A stretch of 64,000 nucleotides of DNA from Candidatus Latescibacterota bacterium. GTDB lineage: Bacteria > Latescibacterota > UBA2968 > UBA8231. This document shows positions 61,272-64,000 of the stretch, piece after piece; the first letter of the stretch is position 1; each line of letters opens with the position of its first letter. The notes beneath the pieces are model-generated. The model searched no databases. It had not been told where the DNA came from and saw nothing but the letters and a program-made list of their open reading frames with translations. The stretch covers positions 1,600,001 to 1,664,000 of the forward strand of contig OZ242214.1 of the NCBI GenBank assembly GCA_965206595.1, written 5' to 3'. Position numbers and translations under genes: made by a program.

Positions 61272-61300
61272 CACCCCTCTTCGAAACAACCTCCACGCCA

Positions 61301-62509
61301 TTGGTCGAGGCCGCGATCACACCGGACGCCGCGCACAATCACTCCACCGGCGGAGACTCTTCCGCGGTCCGGCGGTGGATTAAAACCGGAGCTCTGGCCC
61401 TCTTCGGGCTGGTCTGCGGCATGCTGCTCGCCGAGGCCCTCCTCGTCCTGGCGGTTCCGCAACTGCACCGCAGGCCCCGGGTCTGGCAGTTCGACAGCGA
61501 GCTGGGGTGGGGTCACGTTCCCGGCTCGCACGGAAGGCTGGTAAGCCCCGAATTCGACGTCGAGTACCGGATTAATCAACGCGGTCTCCGCGACAGCGAG
61601 ACCCACCCCTCCGGTGCGCCTGGGAAGCGCCTCCTCCTCCTCGGGGACTCGTTTGCCGAAGGCTGGGGCGTCGACATCGAGCAGGCGGTCAGCGAACAAC
61701 TCGAAGAACGGCTCTCCGACGGAGGGATCCCGGGGGAGGTGTTCAACCTCGGCGTCGCCGGGTACGGGACCGACCAGCAGCTGCTGCTGTTTCAGCGCCT
61801 TTGGCGCGCCTACTCCCCGGATATCGTCCTGCTCCTGTTTTACGGAAACGACCTGTGGAACAACGCTCTCAACCGGGGAATCGGCATCGAGAGGGGGTAC
61901 AAACCCCGTTTCGTCCTCGGTCCGGGGAACGGCCTCAGGCTGACCGGAGTACCGGTGCGACGCACTCGCTACTGGGACCTCGACGGGGACCTTCCGATGG
62001 ACCAGCGCGTCTCGCGGTATGCCTACGAGAACTGGCACCTCGCCGTGCTCCTTCGCAAGGCCTTCGCACCGGAGGTTCCAGCGGCCCAGCGGCGGGAGTT
62101 CTACCTCGCCCTGTACGGCACCGGCCCGGACTCGGACCGTTTCGAGAAGGCCTGGAAAATCACGGAACGGCTGCTCCTGGAGTTCGACACCGAGGTTCGC
62201 CGCGCCGATGCGGAACTGCTGCTGGTGTACGTCCCGGCGATCGTCCAGATCGAGCGGGAGGACTGGCAGGCCAAGGTCTCCCAGTACGGGATGCTCGAGG
62301 AAGAGTACGCCCTCGACAAGCCGAACCGGCGGCTCGCCGCGGCCGCGGCCGACCACGGGATTCCCTTTCTCGACCTCTCGCCGGCGTTCCTCGCCGCCGC
62401 GGTCACGGAGACTCTCTTCCACAGGGACAGCCACTGGAACGCCGCAGGGCACGCGCTGGCCGCCGATACCATCGCCGAGTTCCTTCACCGGCAGTCCTGG
62501 CTGCGCTGA
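61301..62509 (+). CDS. SGNH/GDSL hydrolase-like membrane-anchored protein (AlgX/AlgJ-like O-acyl esterase/transferase)
   Basis: One N-terminal transmembrane segment; LLGDSFAEG, NLGVAGYGTDQ, GND, DSHWN..GH. Confidence 0.85.
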   Translation: MVEAAITPDAAHNHSTGGDSSAVRRWIKTGALALFGLVCGMLLAEALLVLAVPQLHRRPRVWQFDSELGWGHVPGSHGRLVSPEFDVEYRINQRGLRDSETHPSGAPGKRLLLLGDSFAEGWGVDIEQAVSEQLEERLSDGGIPGEVFNLGVAGYGTDQQLLLFQRLWRAYSPDIVLLLFYGNDLWNNALNRGIGIERGYKPRFVLGPGNGLRLTGVPVRRTRYWDLDGDLPMDQRVSRYAYENWHLAVLLRKAFAPEVPAAQRREFYLALYGTGPDSDRFEKAWKITERLLLEFDTEVRRADAELLLVYVPAIVQIEREDWQAKVSQYGMLEEEYALDKPNRRLAAAAADHGIPFLDLSPAFLAAAVTETLFHRDSHWNAAGHALAADTIAEFLHRQSWLR

Positions 62510-62555
62510 AGGCAGTGACTCCGGACCCCCGCCCGCTCTCCAGCCGCTGAGACCG

Positions 62556-64000
62556 ATGGCGAAATCCTCCGTCCCGATTCTGCTGCTCGTCCTCGCCGTG
62601 GCCATGTATTTCCGGGAGGCGTTGACCCTCCAGGGGGCCTTCTTCGTTCAGGACGTCATGGTCCAGAACTACCCCTTCCGGCACTTCTGTTCCCAGATGC
62701 TCAGGCAGCTCGAGCTTCCTCTCTGGCACCCGGGTATCAACTGCGGTTTTCCCCTGTTCGCCGAGGGCCAGGCCGGGGTCCTGTATCCCTTCAACCTGCT
62801 GACGGCGCTGCTGCTGCCGACCTGGGTGGCCATCAACTACAACGTCGCCTTTCACCTCTGGCTCGGGGGGATGGGGACCTTCGCCTACCTGCGCCTGATC
62901 GGCGCCGGCCGTGCGGGGGCGCTGACCGGCGGACTGACTTTCGCGCTGAGCGGTTACGCCGTCGTGCGCGCCATGTCGCAGAACTTCGTCGACGCCGCGG
63001 CCTGGATGCCGTTTCTGTTCGCGGCACTGGAGCTGGCCGCGCGCCGTCGCAGCATTCGCTGGCTCGGTCTCGCCGCCGCGGTCTTCGCCCTGCAGCTGCT
63101 TGCCGGCCACCCACAGGCAGCCCTGTACTGCGCCGCGGCCGCTTTCCTCTACGCCCTGTATCGAGGCCTCGGGATGCGGGGATCCGGCGCCAGGGACGTC
63201 AGCCGGCTGACGTCCCCCCCCGCGGTCTGGACCGCGGCCGTGGCCGCGGCGTTCGCCCTCGGCGCCGGCATGGCCGCGGTGCAGCTGTTGCCGACCTGGG
63301 AGCTGGTGCAGTTGTCCGGCCGCTCGGAGGGCCTCGATTACGAGCAGTTCGCGAAGATGTCGCTGCCCCCGGAGCGCCTCGTCTGCCTGCTGCTGCCCGA
63401 CTTCTTCGGCAACTCGGCAACCGGTTCCTACTGGGGGAGGGAGGCCGGTTTCTTCATCCAACTCTGCCCCTACGTCGGGGTGCTGCCGCTGTTGCTCGCC
63501 CCCTTGGCGCTGCGCGGAAGCCGCAATCGGTACGCCCCCTTCTTCGCCGCACTCGCCGCCGCGGCCCTGCTGCTCTCCCTGGGCAGGTACACCGTCCTCT
63601 ACGAGATCCTCTACGAGCTGCCGGGGCTGAGTTTCTTCAGGATTCCCACGCGCTTCCTCCTCTGGTGGGCGTTCGCCGCCGCGGTGCTGGCAGGCCTCGG
63701 GCTCGACCGGCTTTGCAGCGGCGAGCACAGGAGGTGGTGGCTGGGCTCGTTGGTCGCCGCCGCCCTCGTGGCCGCCCTCGCCGCGGGAGTCAACGGGGAC
63801 CTCGTGTCAGCGAATCCGGATTCCGGCACGGAGCCGGTAGCCGCGGGCCGCTACCGGGAGGATCTCTCCTCAGATATGCTGCGCTGCGGCCTCATCCTCG
63901 CCGCCGCGGTGCCGCTCGGTTTCGCGGCCGGTCCCGGCCGCAGGCGGCGTTGGACGGGCTGGGCTGTTCCGTTGGTCCTGTTTGCCGACCTCGCCGCTTT
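62556..64000 (+). CDS. YfhO-like polytopic membrane protein (GT-C-fold glycosyltransferase); runs off the window
   Basis: Not in the ORF track because it has no stop in the window. My translation: MAKSSVPILLLVLAVAMYF..QDVMVQNYPFR..LPLWHPGINCGFPLFAEGQAGVLYP..LAGHPQ..QLLP..YVG..FRIPTRF. Confidence 0.82.
   Translation, partial: MAKSSVPILLLVLAVAMYFREALTLQGAFFVQDVMVQNYPFRHFCSQMLRQLELPLWHPGINCGFPLFAEGQAGVLYPFNLLTALLLPTWVAINYNVAFHLWLGGMGTFAYLRLIGAGRAGALTGGLTFALSGYAVVRAMSQNFVDAAAWMPFLFAALELAARRRSIRWLGLAAAVFALQLLAGHPQAALYCAAAAFLYALYRGLGMRGSGARDVSRLTSPPAVWTAAVAAAFALGAGMAAVQLLPTWELVQLSGRSEGLDYEQFAKMSLPPERLVCLLLPDFFGNSATGSYWGREAGFFIQLCPYVGVLPLLLAPLALRGSRNRYAPFFAALAAAALLLSLGRYTVLYEILYELPGLSFFRIPTRFLLWWAFAAAVLAGLGLDRLCSGEHRRWWLGSLVAAALVAALAAGVNGDLVSANPDSGTEPVAAGRYREDLSSDMLRCGLILAAAVPLGFAAGPGRRRRWTGWAVPLVLFADLAA

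Noticed and set aside
62403-63728. 441-aa minus-strand ORF
   Set aside because: Antisense shadow of the plus-strand YfhO-like gene starting at 62556.

Overview
A high-GC, densely coding bacterial chromosome segment with about 56 genes. I saw no rRNA, tRNA, CRISPR array, integrase or transposase. The content is mostly core and accessory metabolism: glgP, glgC, dcd, pepA, serC, an S1-type ribosomal protein, trpBA, mgtE, ispG, queE/phhB/folE, a fused indolepyruvate:ferredoxin oxidoreductase-like protein and groES/groEL. It also has many sugar-acid and redox enzymes (two enolase-superfamily dehydratases, an aldolase, SDRs, Gfo/Idh/MocA proteins) and several envelope or glycan loci (DegT-TetR-PIG-L-WbqC-GT4; epimerase-hddA-gmhA-transaldolase; SGNH plus YfhO-like GT-C; a 966-aa GT-C-like protein). 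A large secreted S8 protease ends in a FlgD-Ig/T9SS-type-A-like C-terminus, which, with the enzyme repertoire, suggests an FCB-group organism such as Latescibacterota (inference only). Three frameshifts (two in glgP, one in a G10 run in mgtE) look like long-read assembly errors. The most notable signals read directly from the DNA are: (1) a consensus sigma54 -24/-12 promoter in an AT-rich island upstream of a groESL whose GroEL ends in a His-rich tail; (2) a palindromic operator with a probably leaderless TetR gene inside an amino-sugar modification cluster; (3) a transaldolase-gmhA-hddA heptose module facing an SGNH/GT-C pair; (4) a HEAT lipoprotein / M15 peptidase / FG-GAP / LMF1 operon; (5) two short tandem duplications. 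I found no unambiguous new system; these are candidates that need checking.
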